A model generated the notes under the pieces. It was not told where the DNA came from and did not search any database. It was given only the letters and a program-made list of their open reading frames with translations. Source: Klebsormidium nitens (taxonomy: Eukaryota > Plantae > Klebsormidiophyceae). From it: 43,251 bases of DNA. Shown here in pieces: positions 1 to 13,225 of this stretch. Within the stretch, counting starts at the first letter, position 1, and each line of letters begins with the position of its first letter. Location: the NCBI GenBank assembly GCA_000708835.1, contig DF237628.1, positions 2,886 to 46,136 on the forward strand, in the 5' to 3' direction. Made by a program: the position numbers and the translations under genes.

Positions 1-2518
1 AAGGGGTCAGACGAGATGGAAGTCTGCCTATGCCCGATGACTTGATGAGGAAAAGACGCAGGTGTAGGACAGCAAAAAATGAAGTAATCAGAAACCTGAG
101 AGAACTTCAGTGACATCTTGCCAGGGCTGCAAACGTCGAAGACATGCAGCCAGAATTCAATCGACCCATAACAGAACAGCATAAGATGAAGGAACGAGCA
201 GCAAGCAACGGGCTTGGGCAAGAACTCAGACCTAGACCACAACGAGGTCCCAGATCACTTATCCATGAAGAAGTCGCTTTAGAGCGTCTGTTGACGTCGG
301 TCCAAACACTTACTTCCCCTTGACGAACTCCGCATAATTGTCTGCATTTGGCGAGCACAGCACCACCCAGCGGCCTTCACCCGGGAATTGCGTCTCGCGG
401 GGAGCTCGTCCATCTTGGAGTAGCCAGACAGAAGGGCACTTGCAGAGAGCTGTAGCCAGAGAGGACAGTCATTGCTATCGCTGGCTGATCATTGCTGGTG
501 AGCATGAGCAGAGCCCTATCACACACCACTTCGTCGATAGCAAGACCCAGAGAGAGTGCGTTGTCTTAGGTGATTACACCGTCACCTGACTTCAAGAGCA
601 AAGTGTGTTTGCATCGAGCATCAACCAACATACAAGCTTTAAAGTTATTTGAAGCCAGAAGCCAACTACACTTCGATGCCGAACAAGGGTTTCACAGTTG
701 CAATATCATGACACCTGTTTGCTTACCTCGAAGGGATCGCCAGTCAACATCGCCTTCCGAAGCCTGTTTGACATGGATTGCAGACGGATTGGAGAAATCA
801 AAGAAAAGGATGGTGTCCTTATTGATGGTGTCCGTGTACCTGCGAGGCAGACTGATAAAGTTGGGCACGTAGGGTTGGCACATAACAAGGAAGCATCTCT
901 CTCGTTGAGGAAGGCCTTGTTAGAAGCAGCGTGCTCAGCGACACAAGTCAAAGCACACAGTTACAGATTTGGCCAGCCAAGAGTGGTGTACGCGTACCTG
1001 TAGGCCACCTGTGCCCCCTGCTCTGCCAAGTGGTGCAGGAGGAGAACCGCAAAGGCAGACTTTCCGATGCCCGGGGTGCCACTCAGGACAACCGCAAAGT
1101 CGTTTCCAAGAGCCTCGAGCTTCTTCAGCACCAGGCGGTAGCACTCCCGAATTAGAATGCTGTCCTTTAGGCCTGGTGGCAATCCCTCCCTGAGCTCGGG
1201 CGGAATCTGGATGACTCCACTGGCGGTGTTCGCATGCGCGATGGACTCAGCATACTTCTGGAGCCTCTCTGGAAAAAAAAGCAAATCATCATTGTGGTGG
1301 GGACTGACCACCGGCAGATCAGACACTCTCGTGAGGATGCAAGAGTCTCCACATCAGCGAATCGCCTTTTGTGAATCGCTTTTGTGGTGGGCACTGCCCA
1401 GTGGCAAAATTTGAATTGTGCCCATGCAGAAACTCTACCACAGTCAAACAGCACCTGAAACAGCGATCAGATAGAAGACAATGCTGACAGGTGCGACAAG
1501 CGCTTCAGCACACCACGCCAACAGGTGGAGACAGGTACAAAGACTTACCCAAGACTGCAGGGTCTGTAAACCCCGCCGCTGCACACAACAGAAGCTTTCT
1601 GTCAGCAGTCCACACGCAGTGACTGGATAAGCCAACTGCAAATGCTAAGCAGGCTATGAGGTTGGAAAGAGTTTCGCTACACCGCAAAACCTTTCCACCT
1701 GCATGTTGTCATGACCCACAGAGCAACCCACCAACCTCAGGCAAACACAGATACAAAAACCCTTCTTAAGCAGCAACAATTGAGACAGATTGCCATGGCT
1801 CATTGAGCAGACACCTGAACTGCAGGCAAAGAGAGATAGAAAACCCTCTGTGCGGTGTGCCATACCACTCTCTTTGCGAAACATCGAGAAGCAGCAGGGG
1901 AATTGCCTGCAGCACAACATTGGCAGCAGAACGCCGCTCATGGTCTTTTCAAATATGTGCACTGGTTTGCTGGGCTGTTCCAAGGAGACCGCTCTCCATG
2001 CGTAAGACGACGGTAGAGATACCTGTTGTCTGCTGCAGCTTCAATTTTTCCACCTCCGCCTGCGCGAGCGCGGTCAGTCGCTGCTCCAGCGCGGCCTCCT
2101 TCTGCCGCAGCGCGGCCTTCTCCCGCTGCAAGAACTCTGTGCTCTCGCCTGCAGCCGCAGCAGTCTTGATCTGGTTCTCCACATCGTCAATCTCCTTCTC
2201 CACACGCTTGATGCTCGACTTGAGGAGCTGTGCCTCATCCTTGACCTGTTCAGCATGAGGCACGCTGTCAACCAAGTTGGAACTTCCGGGAGACTCTGCT
2301 CCATCCCGGGGAATGTCTGCTCTCGGCGAGAAACGCCTCAATCCTGACCCCACCCTGTAGTCGGAATGAAACCGGCCCAGCCTCAATCCCTCATACAGAG
2401 ATGGAGGAAGTGTCCTGAAAGCGAATCGCTGGGGCGTTGCAGGGGCAATGTCTGCCTGCCCGCGCGAACATAAAGTTTTTGCCCCAGCCACTTTGAAGAG
2501 CACTGCGGCAGACGCCAT
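1..2518 (-). CDS. Multi-exon Crinkler (CRN)/RHS-like P-loop NTPase with N-terminal coiled coil; 3' end runs off the window
   Basis: Exon near 998-1326 reads ILIRECY...VVLSGTPGIGKSAFAVLLLHHL (CRN/RHS-type Walker A context). GT-AG splicing joins AYR|YTDTINKDTILFF. A later exon reads DGRAPRETQFPGEGRWVVLCSPNADNYAEFVK (D..p...SP..y..f.K pattern), followed by LQPWQDVTEVL. The coiled-coil exon is at about 2030-2270. The start codon is uncertain. Confidence 0.65.
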
Positions 2519-4457
2519 TCACCTCACCAGTGACGTCCCGCAAAGACCAATGAATGCGGCGCCTGAGCCATTCCCCACTGCCACTCAGCCCTCGCCATCG
2601 CACTCAACTTCGATCATGATGTTGGTTGCAAAAGCTGAGGCCAGTCGCCCGAACGACCCTTGGCCCGTCCGATCGCGAGCAGCGCGCGCAAGAAGGGGCT
2701 TGCAAGGAAGAAGACTCTCGACTTCAGCATCCGAAGCGTCCAGCTGGCAGCACACTGCGGAGCTTTTTTTTTTGGCGCGCACACCAAGGGCGTTCAGAGC
2801 AAGGCGAAAGTCCTGCTTGAGTCAGCAGTCTGACTCAGGCCCTGACAAGGCCAACGCAAACAGGAGGTATTGGAAGCCCTGAACACTCAGCTCAAACACA
2901 TTCTGGAAACTCAGGCCAATGCAGCAAAGACTCAAGCAGCTTCAGTCCTGTCGCTTTGTTGGTAGCCTTCTAAAGGGTGACAATTTTCGGACAGCTAACG
3001 CAGCACTTTGGAAGGGTTAGGAAGCTTCTGCCAACGCAGCAGCCTGCCAACAAAGCAGAGGCTGCAGCTTTTTTGGATCATGCACAGTAATCGACTGAAT
3101 CCGCGTACTCATGGGATGTAAAGGGGCAATCTTTTGCTTTAATCCTTTCATTTGCAGATGAGCTTTTCCGGGACTCCCCTTCTTTTCAAATCTCACTCAT
3201 CTTTCCAAACGCCTGCGAGTATGGTCTACAGACACGCCGCCTAGAGTCGATGGTCCTTTTAGTAACCCAGATACCGCCTGCCATCATGGTAAGTCTTATG
3301 CTACTGAGACCTAGTGTAGCCTAAGCTAAGTCAACCCTGTGAAGCGCAGACTTGATGCTGACAATCAGCAGCTGAAGCTGATCAGGCTGTGAGCCTGACA
3401 GAGCTCTGGTCACATAAAGCTGGCTGGTTGCGTATGCCAGCTGAGCTGCCATGTCTTTCGACATGCACCTGCCTTGGGATTGGTGAGTGCTTTTCTGGAC
3501 AGCACTGGGGCTGGAAAGTGATTGGGGATCAGAATTGCAGACTGGGAGATGGGCGTGATGAGAGCGGAGTGACTATAAAGGCACGTGTTTTCAAAAAACG
3601 GTCCAAATATTATACTAGTGGTCAATCTCTAGTTGAGTTGCAGAGTTGCAGAGTTGCAGGATCAGCGGGGAAATGTTTGCGTCTAGTTCTGTCTAGGTCT
3701 GAACGCACTCAAGTATAGTGCAAGCTAAGATGCTCACAGGTATTCTGCTCATGTGTACAGTGATGTGTCAGAATCAGAAGGGACCCAAGGAGAGGACATC
3801 GAAGGTGCTGAGTATGCTGATCGATCTGTCGATGGATCTCAGTCTGGACAGTCACTACAAGGTTTCTTTGACGATCAAGATTCTGGCAGCATACAAGGTC
3901 CAAGCTTCTACTGGGCTCTCAACAATGAGGTTAGCGTCAACCCAGTCCAGTGGGCTTTTGGGTCCTACGAAATGACTTGCACGCACCATGTTGGCTTGAA
4001 AGTCTGTGTCTGAGATTTACACCAGGGTGTCTGCGCATTCTCTTGCAACTGCCTCGTGCAACATTGGTACCCGTTTATGCAAAACTGACCAGTGTCTTCT
4101 GCTGTCAAGCCACTTCTGGGTTTGCTGTGCTGTACAGGGTGTTTCACCCACCTCTCCGGTTGCCAACTGGTCTATCAACAGCGCTTTTAGAGAGCTGATT
4201 CCTGTATCACCGTCAAACAGATGCAAACGCAAGGTACGAACTGGATTGCGAAAAGCTGAGAGACATGAGCAACATGATGCCAGCGCAATTTGTCTCGATG
4301 CGACTTCGTTGGGTTGCTAAATCTGGTGTGCCGCTAAGGCACGCGTGCTTCGCAGCTGAAGCAATCTTGGCTTGTCATCAGGAAGGCGCCTGGTGACGCT
4401 GATTGATGGTGGACTGAAGTCCACACCGATCAGGCTTGTTGCGTGTCCTCTTTGCAG

Positions 4458-7400
4458 TCCTCCAACGGTGAAGGCGAGCGCTGCCCAGAAGGAGCTTGTC
4501 TCGAGGAGGACATTGTTGGGGTGGTATTCACAATGCGGGCGCTCGAGAGGAAGCGACGCCGTCCGATTCTCTCTCAAGAGATAGAGGAGGCGGAGGAGGA
4601 GCACGTGCCAACGCCGCAACCATTCTCACATGTGAGCCGCTCGTTGGTATGCTTGAGGAGCTCTTGTGCCCTGCAATATCCAAGAGAACTTAGGCACTCC
4701 GCCCTCTACAGGCTCATCGCGACTTTCATGTTGGCTGGGCGGAAAGTCCTGCCCCTGGTCTACACCTTGTCATTAGAATTAAGGAATCCAGACTTCTACC
4801 ATTTGCAAGGTGTAGGCCATAAGCAAGCCCGACCATACAGCCGTTGGCAAGAATGACGGTGGGCACGTGCCCGTCTCTGGTCCACACCTTGTCATTGGAA
4901 ATAAGGAATTCAGTCTTCTGTCGTCTGCAAGGTGGGCCATAAGCGAGCCCCTCCCCACAGTACGTGCCCCGCCTCTGGTCCACATCTTGTCATAGGAAAT
5001 AAGGATATCAGTCTCCTGCTATCCGCAAGGTGTAGCCCAAAGCAAGCGGTATTCGAAAATGAGGGTATGCTCGAATGCGAGTGTCCAGTGTGTGCTTCAT
5101 GCAGGTACTCGAGAGGGGCCAGGATGTGCGCTTGCGGCTTCAGGGGAACCCCGCTGAGGATCTGAGTAGCGCAGCAAGCCCACCCCCCGATGCAGAAGCT
5201 GGCAAGCACAGCGCAGCCCCCAACTTCGATCCGCCTTCTCATTCGGCGACCTGCGCTTCGGTTGGAGATGTAAGTCCCGATTGTGCAAAGACACTCAGTC
5301 TCGTCAAACTTCCAGTGTTGCACCTTGTCGATCGACCTGAGCTTACGGAATCTGTTTGGACCAGGCCATGCAAGCTCGATCCAAAGCGCAGATGGTGGGC
5401 AAATATCGGGTCCACACCTTTCATTGGGGATTGGGAACCAAGTTAATTGCCAATCGCAAGGTGTAGGCTATAAGCAAGCCCGACGAAAACCCGCGGTTCT
5501 CAGAGCCGAAAATGGGCATGCGTCATGCTTCTTGAGAACCGGGTCTACACCTTGTTATTGGAAGTAAGGAATTCAGGCTTTTGCCATCTGCAAGGTGTAG
5601 GCCACAAGCAGGCTCGACCACACCCTGCGATATTCAAAGCCGATGATGGGCACTTCCCTCTTCTTTCTGTTTTTCTCAACAGTCCACACATCGTCATTGG
5701 TGCAGACATTGAGTCTCTCCCCATCTGCAAGGTGTGGACCATATGGAAAGGGGGTTTTTGCTCGACGCTCATCATATGCGTGTCCATGTGTGCAGGAACT
5801 TGGCGTGGCAACAGGCGATGGTCATGATGTGTGCCAGCAGTCCACGGGATCCGCTGCAGGGGAGCTACATGTGAGTTGGACCATTTACTGATTCTCGATG
5901 CCGGAGGCTAGATCCGCCATCGTCTGCGCCAGGCTTAGGCAGTCTCCTTGACGCACTTGTAAGTGCTGCAAAGTAAACGTGCTCAAAAAGGCGCCTCGTC
6001 TGTGTCCCAGGTTCGTTCAGAAAAGCGAACGGCACTGCTACTCTCAGGTTCCATTCGACCACTTCGAGCCTCTTAATCGCATTGCAGTAATATTCCGTCG
6101 TCTAAAGTTGCCTCATATCTATGCCGGTTGCCCCTAAGCCCCTCGCCTTCTTCTTCTTGTGCAGTACATGGGCCCTTCCCCCGCTCCTCCGCATCCTGCC
6201 GATGAGCCTCGCTCTGCTGCTACGGAGCCCACACCTTCGGTGAGTCCACTTGCGAGGACCGCTCAGCTCCTTTTCCCACACGGCAGAGCAGTGCAAAATA
6301 AGGTACTTTAACCAGCCCGCGTGGTACAAGTGGTTGTACAAGTTCCCTTCCTCGATCCAGACAAGAGCTCGCTTGTATGGGGAGACCGTTCACTGTCAGT
6401 AGGAGGATAGGATCTGAAACGAGTTCCTTTTGGGGCTGGAGGCGCTTGCATACGTCTTGCTCAGTCCTGACCGGCCGCTTTCGACAACCTCACAAGGGAG
6501 CCGTAGGTCTTCCTCGTGGCAGTGGTCGTGCACAGCTTCAATATTTGAGCACTCACCCCTCCGCCATAGTGCTTCCCCCCAGGTTAAAGCAGCAAGGCGA
6601 TCAGAATCTTGGGTGCCAAAGGCTCGTCAAACGGTGAAGAAGAAATCACAGTGAGCTAGTCGTCCCCTCCTTTGTCATCTCGGGCTAGACTCTTGCCAGT
6701 GATCCTCGTTAGGATTCAGTCTGATCGGGTCACTGAGCCCACAGAGGCATCTTCATCCGACATAGGGACCTGGTGTCGACATAGGGACCTGGTGCATGCT
6801 TTTGTTCCCAGGGTAGCAAGCCTGTGGCTGAGGAGCTTTGGCCCGGCACTGACCTATTTCCTTCTTGCTTCACCCACAGCAAGCGTGCGAAGCCGATTTC
6901 TGCCCCAGTGGACGAGGCGGCTCGTGCAGAGATCCGGGCGGCTCGTGAGGCTCACTTCCGAACTTTGGAGGGATTGAAGCTTCAACCAAACGGGCAAGAG
7001 GTGCGAACGATTCTGGCTAACCTCGGAGTTCCGCTTGCAGCCCTTGCAGGCCCAGTTTTCAGTGTTGTGACTCGGGTTTAGCCTTGGTTTTTGTGGTTAG
7101 AGTTCCTCGCTGCCAAGGTGCAGCTTCCCGTGCACATCTCTCTGGAGATTGCTGAACTCCTTTCTGCCGTTCACCTAGATTCGACTGCGATGTTAAGCAG
7201 TCCAGATGGCCATTAACAGCCGCCACCTTAAGAACTGACGGAAACACGCGCTTGCTTCTTTTCGTAGGTGATGGCGCGGCCGATGTCCGAGGCGCAAGGA
7301 GGGGGGCATCAAGCCCCCCAAGAAGCAGTCGCGGCAGAGGCACTTGGCGAGCGCTCGTGCGTGGACGTGACGGTGGCCGAAGGCGGCGAGGAGGACCAGC

Positions 7401-10400
7401 AGGGTGGCGAGTGAGCCTTTGCTCTTGAATGACTCGTCAAGTCCGTGCCTGTGAGTGCAGGGCGTCTGATCATCATCAAAGACGTTCTCAGAACAGCAAA
7501 ACGTCCTCACGATGATCGCCAAGGTTATCACTCGCATACTTCCGATCGTCGCAGGCACCTCGTTGCGGCGGTGCGACAGTCCGTCCAGCACAGCCCATGG
7601 GAGGCGCTCAGGCAGGCTGAGGTGAGGCTAACGGTTATTAGAGAAGGCACGTGCTACGTTGTTAGAGGCTTTCATAGATTCATCAACGGGAAGATTTGCG
7701 GGACTGGCCTGCAGGGCCAGGCGGGTGTCAGGACCGTTCATGAGGGGTAAGGCATGCGGGGTCGGGTAATGCATCAATATCAGCGTCAGGCTTGGGTCCC
7801 ATTTGTTGGGTCAGACTAGGACGCAAGCTCGAGCCAGAGCGCGGATGGGCATGGTAGGCACGTGCCTTGCCTCTGGTCCACACCCTGTCGTTAGAAGTAA
7901 GGAACCAGCCTTTTGCCATCTGCAAGGTGTAGGCCATAAGCCAGCCCGGCCACACAGCGGTTGGCAGAATCGATAGTAGGCACGTGCCCTGCCTCTGGTC
8001 CACACCTTGTCTTTAGAAATAAGGAACCAAGCCCTCTGCCACTCGCAAGGTGTAGGCCAAATTAAGCGGTATGAGGGTAGGCTCGGATGCGAATGCCAAA
8101 TTCCGTGTGGACTTTACGCAGGAACTCGAGAGGCGCCAGGATGCGCGCCAGCGGCTCCAAGGGACCCTCGCCGCGAATTCCAGTGACGCATCAAGCCGGT
8201 CCCCCGTTGCAGAAGCCGGCGAGCCCAGCGCGGTCCCCAACTTCGATGCGCGTTCTCGACTCGCGACCTGCACTTCAATTGAAGATGTAAGTTCGGGTCG
8301 TGCAAAGGCATACGATCCCGCCAAACTCTTTGCCAAACTCTTTGCTTGACCTGAGCTACAAAGCCTGGCTGAACCATGCGATGCAAGCTCATCGACAGCG
8401 CAGATGGTGGGTGAGGGCCTGTCTCTCCCTTTAAGAGTTCGGTCTACACCTTGTCATTGGAAATTAGGAATTCAGCTTTTCGCCATCTGCAGGGTGTAGG
8501 CCATAAGCAAAGTCCGACCACGGCGCGCTCGGCAGACAACGAGCACGCAGCTAGTCTCTTCTCGTTGCCTGCTTGTTCGAAACCATGGTTCACGCCCCAA
8601 CTCTGGTATCAATGGGTCGCGTTTTTGGTCAGCTGCAAGGTGTGAACCAGAAGAAGCAATCTTCGAACTCTCGGCGCACGATGACAGGATCAAGTGCTCA
8701 CCTGTTCTGAACATGCACGCGTGTATGTGCAGGATTGTGGGGCAAGAGTGGACGAGAATCAGAGTACGCGCCAGCAACTCCCGGAGATTGCCGCTGAGGA
8801 TGTGATCAGCGCAATCACCCTGCAGAGTGCCGTGCGCCAATCGCTCCGGGGGATTGCCGTTGGAGTTGTCAGCCGCGCAGCAAGGCCGTCCTCTGTTGTG
8901 GATGCTGACCATCCCAGCATAGCCCCAAACCGAAACGAGCCTTCCCTCGAAGATGTAAGTTTCAACTGCTCGAAAAACGCATTGATGACTGATCGGATCA
9001 GGCATCACATTCTCTGTGTATGCGCGAAGTCCAAAGAGATCCTCTTCCTCCTTGTGTTTAGGCTTAATGAAGGCCTTCAGGATCCGCCTCCAAGAGATTG
9101 GTCACGTAGGGAGTGACTGTGCTCTGATCCCTGTCCTCGAAGCCGCCATCCTCTTTGAACTCCTCCACCAAGGGCGGCCAATCCAATACACTCGTATCAC
9201 CGCACCGGCTTGTTGGATGCAAGCTCGAGTCTGAGCCGGATGGCTATGGTATGCATGCGCCTCCGGTCTACACCTTGTCATTGGAAGTAAGAAACCAGTC
9301 TTCTGCCATCTGCAAGGTGTAGGCCATAAGCGAGCCCCTCCAAAACGAACGTGCCCGCCTCTGGTTCATATCTGGTCCATACCTTGTCATTAGTTCTAAG
9401 GAACCAGTCTTCTGCCATCTGCAAGGTGTAGGCCACAGCAAAGGGTGTTCTGAAAATCGAGGGCAGGCACGTTTGTGAGTGTTTGATTCCAGCATGCGCA
9501 TTTCTGCAGAAATCTGAGAGAAGTCAGGATGCGCGCCAGCGGCTCCAAGGGATCCCCTCCGACGATCTCAGCAGCGCAGCGAGCCTGCCCCCCGGTGCAG
9601 AAGCTAACGAGCCCAGCGCTCCCCCCGACTTCGACCCGCCTGCTCGGTTTGCGACCTTGGCTTCAGTTGAAGCTGTAAGTCCCGGTTGTGCAGAGACATT
9701 TCCATCCCGTTTGCACCTTGTCAATGGACATTCATGAGCTTCTGTAACCTGTCTGGGCCCTGAGATGCAAGCTCGATCGAAAGCGCAGAAAGTGGACGAG
9801 GTCTGTCGCTTCATATAGGAATTGGGAGTTGGTCCACACCTTGTCAATGGAAATGAAGAATCCAGTCTTTCACCCTTTGCAAGGTGTAGGCCAGAAGCAA
9901 GCCCGACCCTGGCATGCTCAGCACACAGTGAGCACGTACTTGTCGACGGGCAGCTAGCCTCTTCTCATTGTCGGCTCATTCAAACCTATGTTTTACGCCC
10001 TAATCTCGGCACCAATGAATACCGTTCAGCTGCAAGGTATGGACACAAGGAACCAAGCTTTGAAACTGCGGCGCATGTTTGCAGATCCGAGTGATGACTC
10101 GCTCTGACCGTGTATGCGTGCATGTGCAGGATCCTGAGGCAGGACGGGGCGAGGGCCACGACGAGCGCCAGCAGCTCCAGGCGATCGCAGATGAGGATGT
10201 CAGCCGCGCAACCACCCCGCCCCTCGATATAATGGCCGGCCAACCCAGCACAGCCCCCAACCAAAACGAGCCTCCTCGATCTGGGAACGAGGCTTCGATC
10301 GAAGATGTAAGTCTCAACCACTCAGAAGACGTTTACTGATGACCGATCAGATCAAAACGCATATGCGCCGCCTCTGGTCCACACCCTGTCCTTGGAAATA

Positions 10401-10797
10401 AGGAACCCAGTCTTTTGCCATCCGCAAGGTGTAGGCCATAAGCAAACCCGACAACACAAATGATTGGCAGAATTGCTGATGGGCACGTGTCCTGCCCCCG
10501 GTCCACACCCTGTCATTAGAAATCAGGAACCCAGCCTTAGCCATCCGCAAGGTGTAGGCCAACGCAAGCTCTTTTCGGAAGATGAGGGCAGGCTCGAAAG
10601 CAAGTTTCTGATTTCCAGCGTGCGCTTCGCAGGAAGTTGAGGGGAGCCAGGACGAGCGCCAGCAGCTCCGGGGAATTGCCGCTCAAGATTTCAGCTGCGC
10701 ACCCATATCGCCCCCTGTTGTGGATGCCGGCCAACCCAGCACAGCCCCCACCCGGAACGACACTTCTCGACCCCGAGATCAGGCTTTCGTCGAAGAT
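4458..10797 (+). other. Series of phase-0 exon cassettes, the probable N-terminal extension of the AEP-helicase gene
   Basis: AG...GT-bounded stop-free segments with lengths divisible by 3: 4458-4631, 5105-5269, 5796-5870, 6165-6239, 8122-8286, 8733-8954, 9510-9674, 10130-10306, 10633-10797. Four are exactly 165 nt and homologous (QDxRQxLQG...P..D..|GTAAGT). The AEP exon also begins in phase 0 (cag|GAT at 11284). Splicing is inferred, not shown. Confidence 0.55.
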
Positions 10798-13225
10798 GTA
10801 AGTCTAAACCCTCAGAACACGTTTACTGATGCCCAATGTGATCACATGTTTATGCGAAGTGGAGACAGATTTTCTTTGTCAAATAGCACGTCGTTGTCTT
10901 CTCCATTGTGGACAGGGACGTCTTCAGGATCCGTTTCCACAAGATAGGTAACATAGGTAGGGAGAGAGCCCGGATCCCGGTCCTCGAAGTCGCCATCCTC
11001 TGCGAACCCCTCGAACAAGGGCGGCCAACCGTTTTTGCATCACCGCGCTTGCCTATCTGACGAAGGTCGTCGATCTGCCCAAGCTGCTTCACGGAGCAGT
11101 CTTGTCCTGTCGCAAAGCATTCGGTCGTTGCGGTCAAGCTGAGTCAGATTTGGCACCAGTACCAGCTGTTGCGGTTGGAGACATGAGATTCTGCCTTTCT
11201 TCAGATTAGCGCTTCTTTAAATACGATTCCCGCAGCCGCTGTATGTCTCCCAGCAGTGACACGGTCTGGTTTCTTTCGTGCAGGATGCCTCATCAGTGGA
11301 CCCTCGCCTGTGCCCCGGCGAGATTGTCGTCCACAGCGAGCACGACGGGAAGTTGCTGACCGTCAAGAAGGCCGAGCTAGGCACCTTCCTCTTCGCCAAG
11401 CGCAAGTTCGACGACAAGGTCGACTACCAGGACGCGAAGAACGGGCCGCAGGGTTGCTGCCGTCGTTACGGCGAAGTGCTCGGCCATCAGGTCGAGATCC
11501 GGCGCCTGCGTCCCTCCCGGGAGTTCGGGTCTTACCCGGATTGGCCCTCAGCCTATCCCAAACTGCGCGGCGAGCCTCATCTGGAGGAGGCCATCAAAGC
11601 GGGGTGTCCCTGCAAGCCGTACCTGGATCTGGAACGAGACGGGGGCCTGCCGGATGGGGAGACCCTCGAGACGGTCATTGACGCCTTCGAGGGGGCGATC
11701 ACGGGCATCTTCGAATCGGAATACGGCCAGGAGCTCTCAAAGGAAGCCTTCAACTGGATCCCCTGTGATTATGGGCCGGGTGGCAAGTTTAGCCTGCACC
11801 TGGTCATCTCCTCCCACTCCCCCCAGTTTGTCTACCGCTCCAACCTGGCGCCCCCAGCGGACCCCCAAGGAGCGGGGCATCTCGCGAGAAAGCTCAGCCA
11901 GCTCTTGCCCGACCGCTACGCCGAGCTCATCGATCAATCGGTCTACACCAGAAACCGGGGGATCCGACTCCCCTTCTGTTCCAAACCCTCTAATCCTCGC
12001 AGCCGCCTGATTCCCTTGGACGAGAGTAAGCCGTACGCGGATGCCTGCATCACCTGGTTCGATGACCACGTGCAAACGATCAATGTCCCCGACGTCCTGT
12101 TCCGAGCAGTGCGCTCTCGCGAGAGGCCAGAGAATTCAAGCCACCTAAACCCCAAAGCCGCGAGCATGTATGAGGTGCAGCGGTGCACGGAGCTCATCCA
12201 GAATCTGCACCCAACGGCGTACCGCAGGGGGTCGGCGAACTCGCTGAACTACAGCTGGCACGATCGGAGCGAGCCGTGCTACTCGGGTAACGTGCATGCC
12301 GGGGGGCGGGACATCCTCTGTGTCGCGGATCGCGAGAGGAACGCCGTGTTCGCGGTGTGCAGCAGCGAGCGGTTCGATCCGGAGACGGGTGTGTGCTGCA
12401 AGGACCTGCCGGCCAAGTACCTTGGGCCGTACTGGGTGGACAACAAGACCTGGAAGGATGGTGCTGTGGAGATCGACATGGAGTACTTGGATCGGGACCC
12501 GTTGGCTGCCGCACCCATGAATCTGGCGCTGATCCGCGCCGGGGTCAGTCCTCTGACCGACAAGGTCGTCTTCAACGACATCGTGAACAAGTGAGGCCGT
12601 GCACTCATGCTTACAAGCCGTCGACGTGGCAGTGTTGCAGTGTCGCTTTTGTCAGTGCCGCGAGTCTGGCCGCTGACCAGTCCCTCACTTGAAGATTCTG
12701 GTAAACGGGTCCACACCTTGTCGTAGGAATGAAAGAATCCAGGCTTTTGCCACTTGCAAGGTGTAGGCCAGGTGCTTTGTGGGTATTTCTACAAAGAAGC
12801 GGTTGCTGGGCCGATTTAGGAAAGGCTTGTGGGTATAAAATTGGCTTGAATGAGTGGCTGGAAAGTGCGAACGGGCCCACACATCGTTCTTGGGATCTAA
12901 GGAACACAGTCATTCATCACCGGCAAAATGTAGTCCACTCTGACGATGAGAACAGGCTGCTTGATCAGTCATGGAAGCAGCTTTGTGAATTTGGAGTGGC
13001 TGGAATAAGTGGCTGGAACGTTTGAACGGGCCCACACCTTGTCATTGGAATTAAGGAATCCGGTCTTTCGCCATTTGCAAGGTGTAGGCCACAGGCAAAC
13101 TAGACCGCACCACCGCGACTGGCAAAACTGACACATGGGTACGTGGGCACATGCCCCGCCTCTGGTCTACACCCTGTCATTGGATATAATGGATCCAGGC
13201 TTTTGCCTTTTGCAAGGTGTAGGCC
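4757..13225 (+). repeat. Family of about 17 co-oriented 60-62 bp palindromic repeats (GGYCYACACCYTG-N35-36-CAAGGTGTAGGCC)
   Basis: Copies start at 4757, 4879, 4977, 5409, 5542, 5681 (degenerate), 7875, 7997, 8441, 9265, 9374, 9831, 10376, 10500, 12708, 13029, 13164. Right-arm-only remnants lie near 8637 and 10033. The arms are 13-14 bp inverted repeats. Confidence 0.95.
11284..12590 (+). CDS. Archaeo-eukaryotic primase (AEP/PrimPol, NCLDV/herpes-like) exon of a primase-helicase fusion
   Basis: Motif I YLDLE, motif II FSLHLVI and motif III IDQSVYTRNRGIRLP, plus a Cys/His-rich C-terminal region. The ORF stop coincides with a donor (AACAA|GTGAGG at 12590/12591). Splicing to the acceptor at 13318/13319 is in frame (N-K-W-L-E-G-R-Y). 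Confidence 0.88.

Noticed and set aside
2934-3069. Imperfect inverted repeat (GCTTTGTTGG...CCAACAAAGC) between genes
   Set aside because: Single copy, gapped arms, and no TSD found.
4726-10734. Recurrent minus-strand ORFs containing LMAYTLQMA or WPTPCRW
   Set aside because: These are translations of the 62-bp repeat itself, with frequent stops and no consistent frame.
10860-11030. Minus-strand frame WPPLFEGFAEDGDFEDRD with a paralog at about 9060-9190
   Set aside because: It looks protein-like, but there is an in-frame stop just upstream, no usable acceptor, and one copy terminates early. It cannot be supported as a gene.
4757-13225. CRISPR array interpretation of the palindromic repeats
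   Set aside because: The intervening sequences are homologous to each other or are exons rather than unique spacers, spacing is irregular, the context is eukaryotic, and no cas gene is recognisable.
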